A stretch of DNA of 63,091 nt, filler included. It is 7 parts of 7 records of this genome, joined end to end, with 100 filler letters (N's around TTAATTAATTAA, not from the genome) between each part and the next. Parts side by side here need not be neighbours in the genome. Positions count along the whole stretch, not along the records: positions 26,584 to 37,992 come from SRR20825014_24; positions 38,093 to 49,883 come from SRR20825014_27; 5 more parts are not named here. The stretch is one strand, 5' to 3'. The position numbers and the translations under genes were made by a program. Position 1 is the first letter of the stretch, and the number at the start of each line of letters is the position of its first letter. This document shows, one piece after another, positions 32,701-43,377 of this stretch. The notes below the pieces were generated by a model that saw only the letters and a list, made by a program, of their open reading frames with translations, searched no databases and was not told the DNA's origin.

Positions 32701-35700
32701 CACCTTACACATAGGGTTTAATATGTGTACGGTACGTGTTAATTACAAAAGGCGTATGTATCGTATTATTACTAAGTTGTACACCATATGTATAGTACGT
32801 TAAACATTACATACTTTGTTGTAAATTTTTAATACTGGTAACATTTCATACACGCTGGAAAGGTGATCCGACTTAAAAGTTTCAGATTTATGGTTGCTTT
32901 ACGTACATGGTATGTCTTACACAGGGTGTAAGTACACGTACTTAAAAATAAAGTAAACACCAGATACTAAATATGTAACCGCTATCCCATAGGTTTGTAT
33001 TAACTACGATCCCGGTTTTTTTTGTTGCAGTATGTAACAGTGTTGTTGGCCTAACCAGTAGGAAAGGTGTGGTATATACGCGAGGCTTATCTGATAGTAA
33101 CACATTGCATAACATACGTTTAGTTGCATTAATCCTATACGGGTGGGGTATAAAACGTGCCCGGTACCACCTACCAGCAAGACGTACCGTTTTTATGTAC
33201 CTCGTGGATGACGTTAATAGTTTATATGTTTTTGTGTATGGTGTGTATGTGTATTACCACGTAGCATATACTAAGGAAAGGTGTGTACTCGCATAGTTAT
33301 ATCCATAGTTGACTTAGCGGTATGTATTACATACTCCCCGGGTAGTGCATAACAAATACATATTGAATTGCAGTTACTTTGTCGGTGTTATTTTTTGATG
33401 TGTACGTACTTAATATAACATACTAGGAAAGGTGTAATGGTTGTATATGTAATTAATGATTACTCCTGGAGGATATACACATACACTAGAAATCCATATA
33501 GGAGTGTACAACACACGGTGTATATCTTACCGTCTATAGGCTTACGTACGGGGTAGTATACACACAATAAAAACGGTGTAACAGCCCGGTAGTACGTAGG
33601 TTGGTTACCCTATAAACATACATACCCTGTATTTGAAGTACATTATATTAGACGTTGTAACTTTCCGGTTATATACACGTATGGTATAACATAAATCCGT
33701 AATGAATATTTGTAATGCTTTCCAGGTGGTACTGTTGTGCATAAATGGCATTTTTGGAAATGCTCCCCACACCTTTCCTAGCAAAACTATAAAATACGGT
33801 ATAAAAAATCTGCAACAAAATGAAGCCATCTATACACGCTGCTTGTACATGTACGTGCAACTATCCGGTAAAGACAGGCAACATCTGTCCGAATGGCTAT
33901 ATGATTGCGTTGTGTGTTGGCACACCTTTCCGGGGTAATTCCTGAATGTTTGTGTATATGCTACGCATAATATTAGGCACAGTAACGTGCAAGGTATGTT
34001 CCATTTACACAGCGGGTATTGCTTGCTATGCGGCGTGTAACATGTTACCAGTATACATGTCTTTACGCACGGGGGGGTGTGCACATACACCAGTGAGGTT
34101 ATTACGTTCTCTGTAGGAACGACATGTTACATTTTATACCGGGGTGTATACCACGACCGGATGTGGTTTTACGGGAAAGGTGTTGTGCACGATTTATGTT
34201 GGCAAGTACTATGTTAACCGTATTACTGGTATTTGTTTATTGTTATGTGAGAATTGTATATTCACTTTTCCCGGAAAGGTGTATTCCGTGCATGCATCGT
34301 AACACATTATGGCTATTGTGGAGGGCTGCCCCCGGGATTACGGTATGTATTTATATGCGTGCGGTGTGTACCTTATGCCTACGTGTGGTGTGTTTTTTTG
34401 TATTTACAACTGGTGTAATACATACATCCTGGAAAGGTGTATTACACGTTAATGGAAACGTTTTGTGTAAACCGGGATTAGTACTGTATACACAGGTATG
34501 TTGTAACTTGTATCCGTTACATGTATGCTATAAGAGTACTTAACGTAGCGCGGTGATTACTACCGGTTATACGGGGGTTATACACCTTTCCAGGATGTAT
34601 GCGGTTTATCCCCTTATAGCGCAAAACGAAAACTAAACTAAATCAGTATAATGTAAAACTTGCTGAACAACGCATATCTAATAGTGATGTGTAAACGTCA
34701 TACCATGTCTGTGTATGCACTGTGTCGCATGTGGTCTCTACAACATATCGAGTAGTACTACCCCTGAAAGTCATTACATCTCGGGGACCATATAGGTAAT
34801 TTTACGTATATATAGCCCCATGTGATACACCCTAGTACGCTTACGGTGATACTTCTAACGAGTACGGGGTAACTATACGTAACTATACGACCGTGTATTG
34901 CACATCGTGTGAAGGCCATAATGTAAACGTACTGTTACATGTATTACTGTTTTTGTTTGGTGCAGTACTATAACAGTATGAGTTTAACAGGAGCGGTGTA
35001 GGTGTAAGTACACTACCCTATGTAATGGCTCTTACACACCTTTCCGGTAAAATGCATGTAGTTGCGTCTACACCAAAAACTATAAAATAACAATTAACTT
35101 CCGGTGACCGTCTATCCGTGGGATACACTTCCCTGTTAGATCTTACACAAGCATATATTGCATACATATGCAACACGGTTTTCCCAGGTATGTTTAGTTG
35201 TGGTTCTGCGTATATGGCTTGTAAAGTACAAAACACACATACGTATGTATTAAGTGTAACGGATTACACCTTTCCAGTGGGAGGGGCTATGTCTTACGTG
35301 GTATGTTATCCTTCAAAAAAATGAAACTTAATCTGTACACAGCAGATACCTGTATAAAGGTTTATCCTGTAAATGGCAACTATCCCCCGGGTGGCTTACG
35401 TCATTACATGTGTGCATGTAGGGGAGTACCATACAACCTCGGAAAGGTGTACACACACAGGGGGTGACACACGCACAGCAAACACAGAAATTGCTGGTCG
35501 TCGTAAGACACGTACTGGTGAGGACGTAATTTACATATGTGGTAGGGTCGTTGTCATTATCTAGTACATGTGTGGAAGCTTGTATACACAATCCGTAGGA
35601 ACAATCCTGTAGTATACATTTATCTCCCCGGGAAAAAACACCTTTCCCGTATATTGATAATACTGAGTACATCGTTACACCTCACCATCAAAAAAATTAT

Positions 35701-37890
35701 ATGTGGGTATTAAACATGTCGTTTTGGGTAATATGTCAACATGACCCTGGTAAACACCTTTCCAGGGGATTGTTATTATACGTCACCTGTAGTCATACAA
35801 AACACAAGAAACATGTATACTAATTTATTGTATTTACATGCAACAAGTATGTTTACGTTAATAGCACACAACGTAATATCCGTTGTAAGCAGGTAATGCA
35901 CGCGGTATTAATACAGTATTAGTTGCACACGTAGCAATGGATAATAACATACTGGTCGCATATACAGATAGGTTACACCTTTCCTAAACAGTGTTGATGT
36001 ATAAAGCCCTACAAAAAAACAACAAATATAAATTTGTAAGCGCTCATAAAAGTATACCACTACTGTACCCCGCATTAACTACGTACAAAGCATTACACAT
36101 TGTTGGTGGGAGTCTGGTTTTACTTTACGTTTTTTGGTGTTGTGTTATACGTGTATACTTCGATTACGCGGGAAAGGTGTACTTTATTCATGTCAAGCAG
36201 TATGCATAATATAATTATAACCCAACAGGCCACGCACCTTTCCTGATAAATGTAACGTATGTAACCTACAAGAATCCTTCAAAATAACAAAATCAAATTT
36301 ATATATGGTTATAGTGAGAACGCGGTAACGTTAACATTAGGTTGTTATACATATACGAAACACACATATTACGGGCCTGCGTAGTTCACGCGCGGTATCT
36401 TCCACGTCTGTAACACATGCTCGGCTATGTATTAACGGACTGTTGTATACTGTAATTCCTATAGATACAGTACATATTACTTAACTATACTTTTTTGGTA
36501 AGGCGCTCCTCACGGAAAAACCATGCATCTAAAATTCCACGGGATCGCGTACGTGTAAACCCGCGTATATACGTGCATGTGAATAAATAAGTACGTACAT
36601 AAACATATACACCTTTCCTATATTAAACGATGTAGTATGTTACGACTAACAAACAACAACAAAATAAGCAAGCTTACAAGTGGTAATACTTTACTACACA
36701 AGGTACGATATGCGTGTCGTGTCATGTACATATATCGTACATCACGTAGTTTGTAGTAGTGTGTAACGGAACCCCACAATAAGGGGATGTACTCATATAC
36801 ATGCACCGGGTATGTAAGCAAGGTTATACTACCCATACTCTACAGTACTGGATCAGGCATTACAGTTATCCTATGTAATGTTTTTATTTTATTTTTCTGC
36901 GAAGCAGGCCTGTCTGTACATACCTACATTTATAGGAAAGGTGTAGTGGTGTTCCGTAACATATATATATATTATATACATCTTTCCTACTATACGAGGA
37001 GATGTGTAACCGCACCATAACAAAACAATAAAAAAAATGGAAACACGTAATAGGTGAGTGTTAACCCGTTTACAATAATATGTTCGTGTAAGTGGGTAAC
37101 AAAAGATATATTCTTGTAATGAAGAAATACATACATAAAAGTTCTGTGATGGTTCACTACATAATACCGTACAGGGTTACACGTACCAGAATAGAACTTG
37201 TTCGTTACATAAGTTATGATTGTCATACGTATAACAGGTTATTGACCATTGTTATTTAAGAAGGACGTCCACCTGATGGAGTAACCTCCACCTTGTGAGC
37301 ATACCTATACATAGCGATATGTTTCTGTAAGACAAGTTTGTTACTGATGTTTATATAGGCGTTGTGTGCACTTGTCATGTAACGTAAGTATTTACCCTTA
37401 CGTTAACAACATACCGGTATGTACCGCACCTTTCCTATGTATGTACGTGATTACCGCCTAACATAATGACACATAAAATACCTATAGTAAAGTGCAGTAC
37501 CCGGTTATGCGCACATGATCAGGATTAATGCCGTTAGCTTGTTACCAACGTTCATGTGTCGCTACCGTACACGGACACGTGCTTATACGTTAGTAACAAA
37601 AAGTTTTATGCCATGTTATTTTTTTGTAATGTGCAAGTAAAGTAGGCTTCGCTTGGAAAGGTATAAGTTAATACTACAGGTATGTGTTCTGTATTGCATG
37701 TATACTACAGGTTGATACCTACCTACGTATACACCTTTCCTATGTTTAACGTAACACACGCATATACGAAAAATCCGGGAAACATAGACTATAATATACG
37801 TTGGGTGTAATGACATGCATACATAAACTTTTTTGATAACAATTTTATGAATATAATATGACCCTATATTGTTACACCGTGGAAAGGTCA
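26740..37890. repeat. Dispersed array of about 50 GGAAAGGTGT/ACACCTTTCC cassettes (putative guide-RNA genes)
   Basis: Manual count of about 50 exact or near-exact copies. Plus strand examples: 26798, 27127, 27334, 27571, 28338, 28429, 30291, 33061, 34431, 36171. Minus strand examples: 27760, 29263, 29901, 32139, 34582, 35975, 37731. Most have a unique T/G tract about 20-35 nt 5' of GGAAAGG. The repeat itself is certain; the gRNA role is inferred. Confidence 0.85.
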
Positions 37891-37914
37891 CATCAACAAG
37901 GTGAGCAATGTTGT

Positions 37915-37992
37915 GAAAACTTCCCGACGAAAAACTTCCCACGAAGTTTGGGAAACTTCCCGCGAAATTCGGGAAACTTCCCGTCGGGAAAA
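37915..37992 (+). repeat. Degenerate tandem GAAACTTCCC repeats, including the right terminal inverted repeat (37973-37992)
   Basis: gaaaacttcccgac-gaaaaacttcccac-gaagtttgg-gaaacttcccgc-gaaattcgg-gaaacttcccgtcgggaaaa. Confidence 0.9.
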
Positions 37993-38092
37993 NNNNNNNN
38001 NNNNNNNNNNNNNNNNNNNNNNNNNNNNNNNNNNNNTTAATTAATTAANNNNNNNNNNNNNNNNNNNNNNNNNNNNNNNNNNNNNNNNNNNN

Positions 38093-38695
38093 CATGGTCA
38101 TGGCTTCGACCTGATCATGGGTGACATAGATCGAGGTGACACCAAGGCGACGTTGCAGCGCCTTGATTTCGATCCGCATCTGATTGCGCAGTTTCGCGTC
38201 CAGGTTGGAGAGCGGTTCGTCAAACAGGAACAGCGCCGGATCGCGCACGATGGCGCGGCCCATGGCAACACGTTGGCGTTGCCCGCCCGAGAGTTGACTG
38301 GGCTTGCGATCAAGGTAGTCATTGAGGTTGAGCATCGCCGCGGCTTCGGCCACTTTCGCGTCAATTACGTCTTTCGGTGTTTTACGGTTTTTCAGGCCAT
38401 AGGCGATGTTTTTGCGCACACTCATATGTGGGTAAAGCGCGTAGTTTTGGAACACCATGGCGATGTCACGATCCGCGGGATCGACGTCATTGACGATGCG
38501 CTCCCCGATGGAGAGCGTCCCTTCGGTGATGTCCTCAAGCCCTGCGATCATCCGCAACAACGTGGATTTGCCACAGCCCGAGGGGCCAACGAGGACAACG
38601 AATTCGCCATCTTCGATGTGGAAAGAGGAAGGGGTCACGGCCTCTGCGCCGTTGGGGTAGATTTTGCGGACAGAGTCCAAGCTAACCTGAGCCAT
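38093..38695 (-). CDS. ugpC: sn-glycerol-3-phosphate ABC transporter ATPase, 3'-truncated
   Basis: [42 protein letters not shown]; operon context. Confidence 0.88.
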
Positions 38696-38706
38696 AGTTG
38701 TAGTCC

Positions 38707-39618
38707 TTATTTATCGGATTCCGTGAGGCCCTTGACGAACCAGCTCTGGAAGAAAATGACGACGAGCACGGGCGGCAGAACGGCGATCAGCGCCAACATA
38801 TTGGCCCGGCCATATTCGGGGATGTTGTTGCCTTCGAGCGTCTGCACGATCTGTTTGATGCCGCGCACGAGGGTGTACATGTTCTCATCCGTGGTGATCA
38901 TGGTGGGCCAGAGGTATTGGTTCCAGCCGTAGACAAACATGATGATGAACATCGCCGCGATCATGGTCTGCGAGAGCGGCACAAGGATGTCGATGAAGAA
39001 TTTGATCGGCCCCGCCCCATCAATCCGCGCGGCTTCGATCAACTCTTCGGGTACGGAGCGAAAGAACTGGCGAAAGAAAAACGTGGCCGTGGCCGAAGCG
39101 ATCAGTGGGATGATCAGGCCTTGGTAGGTGTTCATCATGCCGAGCTGTTGCACGATTTCATAGGAGGGCAGGATGCGGACCTCCAAAGGCAACAACAGCG
39201 TGGTGAAGATCAACCAAAACGCCAGCGTGGCAAAGCGCAGGCGGAAATAGACGATGGCATAGGCGGCCATCATCCCGATCACGATCTTGCCCACGGCAAA
39301 GCCAATGCCCAAGATCATCGAGTTTTTCAGCATGTTCATCCCGGTGTTTTGACCGGAAAAGCCAGAGGCTTCGAACATCGCTTTGCGGAAATTGTCATCC
39401 AGCTCGGTGCCGATGGTCAGCGTCGGGCCGAGTTTCATCGTCTCAAGGTCCGGCGTGGTCACGGTTTGCAACACGATCAACAGCGGCAACAGCATGAGCA
39501 GCGAGCCAAAGATCAGGATCGCGTGATCAAACACGGTTTCAAGTTTGAACCATGTACGTTTGCGCGTCTGCGCAATGGCGTGGGCCGGATGAGGGGAATG
39601 GGCGGAAATGTCAGTCAT
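38707..39618 (-). CDS. ugpE: Glycerol-3-phosphate ABC transporter permease
   Basis: [29 protein letters not shown]. Confidence 0.85.
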   Translation of the reverse strand: MTDISAHSPHPAHAIAQTRKRTWFKLETVFDHAILIFGSLLMLLPLLIVLQTVTTPDLETMKLGPTLTIGTELDDNFRKAMFEASGFSGQNTGMNMLKNSMILGIGFAVGKIVIGMMAAYAIVYFRLRFATLAFWLIFTTLLLPLEVRILPSYEIVQQLGMMNTYQGLIIPLIASATATFFFRQFFRSVPEELIEAARIDGAGPIKFFIDILVPLSQTMIAAMFIIMFVYGWNQYLWPTMITTDENMYTLVRGIKQIVQTLEGNNIPEYGRANMLALIAVLPPVLVVIFFQSWFVKGLTESDK

Positions 39619-39627
39619 GTCAGATCC

Positions 39628-40509
39628 TCAAGTGTAATGAATGCGCCGCTCAATCAGGCGGAACTGAAAGACGGTGAGGGCCAGGACGAGGATCATCAGG
39701 ATCACGGATTGCGCCGAGGAACCGCCAAGATCATTGCCGCGGAAACCATCGACGAAAACCTTGTACACCAGCGTCATCGGGTTGTTGCCCGGCTCGCCTT
39801 TGTTGAGCGTATCGATCACGCCGAACGTGTCGAACAGCGAATAGGTGATGTTGGTGATCAACAGGAAAAACCCGGTGGGTGCCAAAAGTGGGAAGGTGAT
39901 GTCCCAAAACCGGCGCGTGCCAGAGCGGTTGTCCAACAGCGCGGCCTCGCGCACCGAACGCGGGATGGATTGCAGCCCGGAGAGAAAAAAGATGAAATTG
40001 ACCGGCACTTGTTTCCACACGGAGACCACGATCATGGCAAAGGCCGTGTCAAAATAATTGACGCCCAAGGTAAAGTCCCAGCCAAAGAATTTGAACAAAT
40101 CCGACAGCGGTCCCCAGGTTTGGTTGAACATCAAAAGCCCGATGAAACCCGCAACGGGCGGGGCGACCGCATAGACCCACATCAACAGCGTGCGATAGGT
40201 CTTGGCCCCGCGCAGAACCTTGTCGGCCTTGACCGCAAACAACAGCGCCAGAGCGAGCGAGAAAAACGTCACCAACACCGTGAAGAGCACGGTGAACTTC
40301 GCCACTTTGAGATATTCGACGGAGCTGGTGAGGTGGGTGTAATTCTCAAGCCCCACAAAGGTCTGACCAAAGCCAAACGGGTCTTGCAGGTAGAACGAAG
40401 AGGTCACGGCATGCAACGCCGGCCAGTAGAAAAAGATCGCGATGATCAACAGTTGCGGCAAAAGCAACAGGATCGGCAACCATTTGGTGGAGAATCCAGC
40501 GCGTTTCAT
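39628..40509 (-). CDS. ugpA: Glycerol-3-phosphate ABC transporter permease
   Basis: PQL....FF.WPA, WKQ...NF.FF..GLQ.IP, DTFG.ID, LVYKV..DGF.G.DLG.S.AQS. Confidence 0.85.
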   Translation of the reverse strand: MKRAGFSTKWLPILLLLPQLLIIAIFFYWPALHAVTSSFYLQDPFGFGQTFVGLENYTHLTSSVEYLKVAKFTVLFTVLVTFFSLALALLFAVKADKVLRGAKTYRTLLMWVYAVAPPVAGFIGLLMFNQTWGPLSDLFKFFGWDFTLGVNYFDTAFAMIVVSVWKQVPVNFIFFLSGLQSIPRSVREAALLDNRSGTRRFWDITFPLLAPTGFFLLITNITYSLFDTFGVIDTLNKGEPGNNPMTLVYKVFVDGFRGNDLGGSSAQSVILMILVLALTVFQFRLIERRIHYT

Positions 40510-40533
40510 GGGGGAGGGCCTTTCTGAGAAAGC

Positions 40534-40562
40534 CTGACGGCCGCAGCGGGTGCGGCCGTCAG
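40534..40562. other. Stem-loop between ugpB and ugpA (mRNA stabiliser)
   Basis: ctgacggccgca-gcggg-tgcggccgtcag. Confidence 0.65.
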
Positions 40563-40582
40563 TGTGGTGTCACAGGCAAGGC

Positions 40583-41899
40583 TTAGCCTTGGGTTTTTGC
40601 GAAACGGGCCAAAAGCTCGTTGCCTTCTTTTTCGATCGTCGCCATTGCGTCATCGACCGTGGTCTCACCCGACAAGATGCGGCTGAACTCGCGGTTTTCG
40701 ACGTCACGGATTTGAACGTAGAAGCCCATGCGATACCCTTTGGTGTTTTCACCGGAGGTCAGCATCAACTGTTTGATGCCGGTTTCAGCAGCCGGGAAAC
40801 GGTCATAATGGCCGTCTGCTTTGGCCATCTCATAGGCCGCAGTGGTGATCGGCACATAGCCGGTTTCACGGTGCCACATGTACTGAACTTCCGGCGAAGT
40901 CAGGTAACGGAAGAACTCAGCCGTGGCTTTGTTTTCCTCGGCGGATTTGCCGGACATGGCAAAGAGGGACGCGCCGCCGATGAAGGTTTGGTAACCCTCT
41001 TCGGTGATGGAGGACCAGAACGGCAGGTTGGTGGCGGAGAAGTCAAACGGAAGGTCTTTTTTCATCAACCCGCCGAAGGAGCCGGAAGAGCCGATCCAAA
41101 GGCCAACTTTGCCCTGTTCGAACTGGGCTTGGTTGTCGTTCCAACCGGTGCCGTAAAAGCCAAAATACCCATCGTCCAGCCACTGCTTGACATGAGTCCA
41201 ATGCATTTTGAATTCGTCGGTGTTGACGAGGATTTTGGTGCCCTCAGAACCATCGTAGCCATTGTCATTGGTGGCAAACGGCAGGTTGTGACGGCTAAAG
41301 AAGTTCTCGGCAAATTCCCACGGCAGGTGCGATTGCACGAGCGGCACGTAACCGGCGGCTTTCAACGCGGGGGCGGTAACGGTTTCGAACTCTTCATAGG
41401 TTACAGGAGCTTCAACGCCCGCCGCTTCAAGCGCCTGTTCGTTGAAATACATGATCGGCGAGGAGGAGTTGAACGGCATGCCGATCATTTTGCCGGTATT
41501 GTCGGCGTAGAAGTAACGCACACCGGAGATGTAGTCTTCGATGTTGAAGTCCACGCCATTCTCGGACAGCAGATCCTGCACCGGAACAGTCGCGCCTTTG
41601 GCGCCGATCACGGTGGCGGAGCCTGCGTCAAACACCTGAAGGATGTTCGGCTGTTCACCGGCGCGGAACGCCGCGATGCCCGACGTCAGGGTCTCTTCGT
41701 AAGAACCTTTGAACACGGGAGTGATTTTGTACTCATCTTGCGAGGCGTTAAAGCCAGCCGCGATTTCATTGACGGTTTCGCCAAGATCGCCACCCATCGC
41801 GTGCCACCACGTGATTTCGGTTTCGGCAAAGGCGGCTGTGCCCAACAGGGTGAACGCGGTTGCGGCCCCCAGGAATTTCGATGTTGTCTTGATGGTCAT
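40583..41899 (-). CDS. ugpB: Glycerol-3-phosphate-type ABC transporter substrate-binding protein
   Basis: Signal peptide; WWHAM.G, KG.Y.E, IAAFRA..QP.I.QV, MPFNSS, IGGASL, WH..TGY.P.T. Confidence 0.85.
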   Translation of the reverse strand: MTIKTTSKFLGAATAFTLLGTAAFAETEITWWHAMGGDLGETVNEIAAGFNASQDEYKITPVFKGSYEETLTSGIAAFRAGEQPNILQVFDAGSATVIGAKGATVPVQDLLSENGVDFNIEDYISGVRYFYADNTGKMIGMPFNSSSPIMYFNEQALEAAGVEAPVTYEEFETVTAPALKAAGYVPLVQSHLPWEFAENFFSRHNLPFATNDNGYDGSEGTKILVNTDEFKMHWTHVKQWLDDGYFGFYGTGWNDNQAQFEQGKVGLWIGSSGSFGGLMKKDLPFDFSATNLPFWSSITEEGYQTFIGGASLFAMSGKSAEENKATAEFFRYLTSPEVQYMWHRETGYVPITTAAYEMAKADGHYDRFPAAETGIKQLMLTSGENTKGYRMGFYVQIRDVENREFSRILSGETTVDDAMATIEKEGNELLARFAKTQG

Positions 41900-42027
41900 G
41901 TCACATCTCCGGTGTCTGTTTAAATCACGCAGGCATCCCAAGCGGGGCGCAAGCGTCGAAAAGGTCCGTCCTCCCTCACGGGAGAAACGCGCAAGACACG
42001 TGCAGGCCCCGGATGTCCATCAGGGCC

Positions 42028-42051
42028 TGCACGCCTGTGCACACGTGTTCA
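42028..42051. promoter_or_regulatory. Putative LacI-family operator(s)
   Basis: Overlapping near-palindromes tgcacgcctgtgca and tgcacacgtgttca between the divergent ugpB and lacI-type genes. Confidence 0.4.
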
Positions 42052-42096
42052 GATACCCGGCGGATGTAATGGGAATGTGAAAGATTTTTATCATTC

Positions 42097-43149
42097 TTGA
42101 CAAAATATGACCCAAAGCCCGACAGAGACGCCGTGGATCAGGACAAGCTCATATCACCCAAGCGTCACCGCCGTGTGACAGCTCAAGACGTGGCCGAGGC
42201 GGCGGGCGTGTCGCGCTCTGCGGTGTCGCGCGCCTTTACCGAAGGCGCGTATTTGGACGAGGAAAAACGTGAGCGCGTGCGCGACGCCGCTCTCAAACTG
42301 GGCTATCGGCCAAATGCTTTGGCCGCGGGGCTTCAGGGCGGGCGCTCGCATCTGGTCGCGATTTTCGTTGGCGACATGCGCAACGCCTATGACACCGAAG
42401 TCGTCACCCGCCTTGTCGGCGCACTGAACGCCATTCAAAAATGGCCGATCCTGATTGATGGCGGCGGGCTTTCATCCGTCAAAGAGGCGATGGGCGAGGT
42501 GCTGCGCTATCCTTTGGATGCGTTGATCCTGCGCTCCGGCTCCATGGACCCCGCCATTGCCAGAGAATGCACCAAGCTGCACATCCCGGTGATCTCGTCG
42601 GGGCGCGTTCTCAATCATCCGCAAATCGACAATGTCTGTTGTCGCAATGCGCAAGGAAGCCAGGCCGCCGCCCAGCTTTTGTTGGACCGTGGCCGCCAAA
42701 ATTTTGGCTATATCGCCGGACCCTTGGGCTATAGCTCCTCAAGCGCGCGCCAAGACGGCATGATGCGGGCTTTGGCCGCCGCCGGGCTGGCACCTGTTGC
42801 CATTGAGGCCGGGGATTTTACGGTTGAGAGCGGGTTTGCCGCCGCCGAACGCCTGTTTGAGCGCGCGCGCCTTGATGCGCTGCTCTGTGCCAATGATGCC
42901 ATGGCCATCGGTGCGCTGGGGGCTGCGCGCGCGCGCGGGATCGACGTTCCGGCCGATCTGTCCATCGTCGGATTTGATGATATTTCCATGGCGCGCTGGC
43001 CGGGGATCAATCTGACAACCGTCTGCAATCCGATCGACATTTACGCCGATAAAGTCGTCGAATTGCTGAGCGCACGTCTGGCCGATCCCGAAAAGCCCAG
43101 TGACGTGGCCTATATCGACACGCATCTGGTTTTGCGCGGGACTCATTAG
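42097..43149 (+). CDS. LacI family transcriptional regulator
   Basis: T..DVA..AGVS.S.VSR, LGYRPN..A, CAND.MA.G, VGFDD; start position uncertain. Confidence 0.92.
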   Translation: MTKYDPKPDRDAVDQDKLISPKRHRRVTAQDVAEAAGVSRSAVSRAFTEGAYLDEEKRERVRDAALKLGYRPNALAAGLQGGRSHLVAIFVGDMRNAYDTEVVTRLVGALNAIQKWPILIDGGGLSSVKEAMGEVLRYPLDALILRSGSMDPAIARECTKLHIPVISSGRVLNHPQIDNVCCRNAQGSQAAAQLLLDRGRQNFGYIAGPLGYSSSSARQDGMMRALAAAGLAPVAIEAGDFTVESGFAAAERLFERARLDALLCANDAMAIGALGAARARGIDVPADLSIVGFDDISMARWPGINLTTVCNPIDIYADKVVELLSARLADPEKPSDVAYIDTHLVLRGTH

Positions 43150-43377
43150 GTCGCAGCTTTTGTTGCAGCCCTCTGGCCCGGATCACATCCGCCCGAATTT
43201 TGACCCCCTGACCCGAAAATCGCCCGTAGAATGACCAAAAGCCCCTGTCGGAGGATTTCCCCTATAGGTTGTGGTCTTCGCCTGATCCGTTGCCGTATAT
43301 CCTGATCTCAATCAACGCGATCCTCCTGTAGATCGTCCTGGGGAGGAGGATACAGGCCTTATTTGAAAGAGAGAGAT

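Noticed and set aside
26752-36890. Assigning individual cassettes to specific edited genes (e.g. 26752-26778 to ND8 CGFCMH, 36857-36890 to A6 ILQL)
   Set aside because: By-eye resemblance to recalled T. brucei sequences is imperfect and low-complexity; a proper G:U-aware alignment is needed.
26584-37992. CRISPR array interpretation of the GGAAAGGTGT repeats
   Set aside because: The repeat is only about 10 bp, occurs in both orientations, has irregular spacing from tens to hundreds of bp, and has no cas genes or leader.
26584-37992. DNA transposon, because of the terminal inverted repeats
   Set aside because: There is no transposase or remnant, flanks are not visible for a target-site duplication, and it would not explain the internal cassette structure. 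A non-autonomous element cannot be strictly excluded.
26915-38040. The many 60-150 aa ORFs in the AT-rich contig
   Set aside because: They are short, overlap on both strands, are Y/V/T/C/I-rich as base composition alone would produce, and show no recognisable domains.
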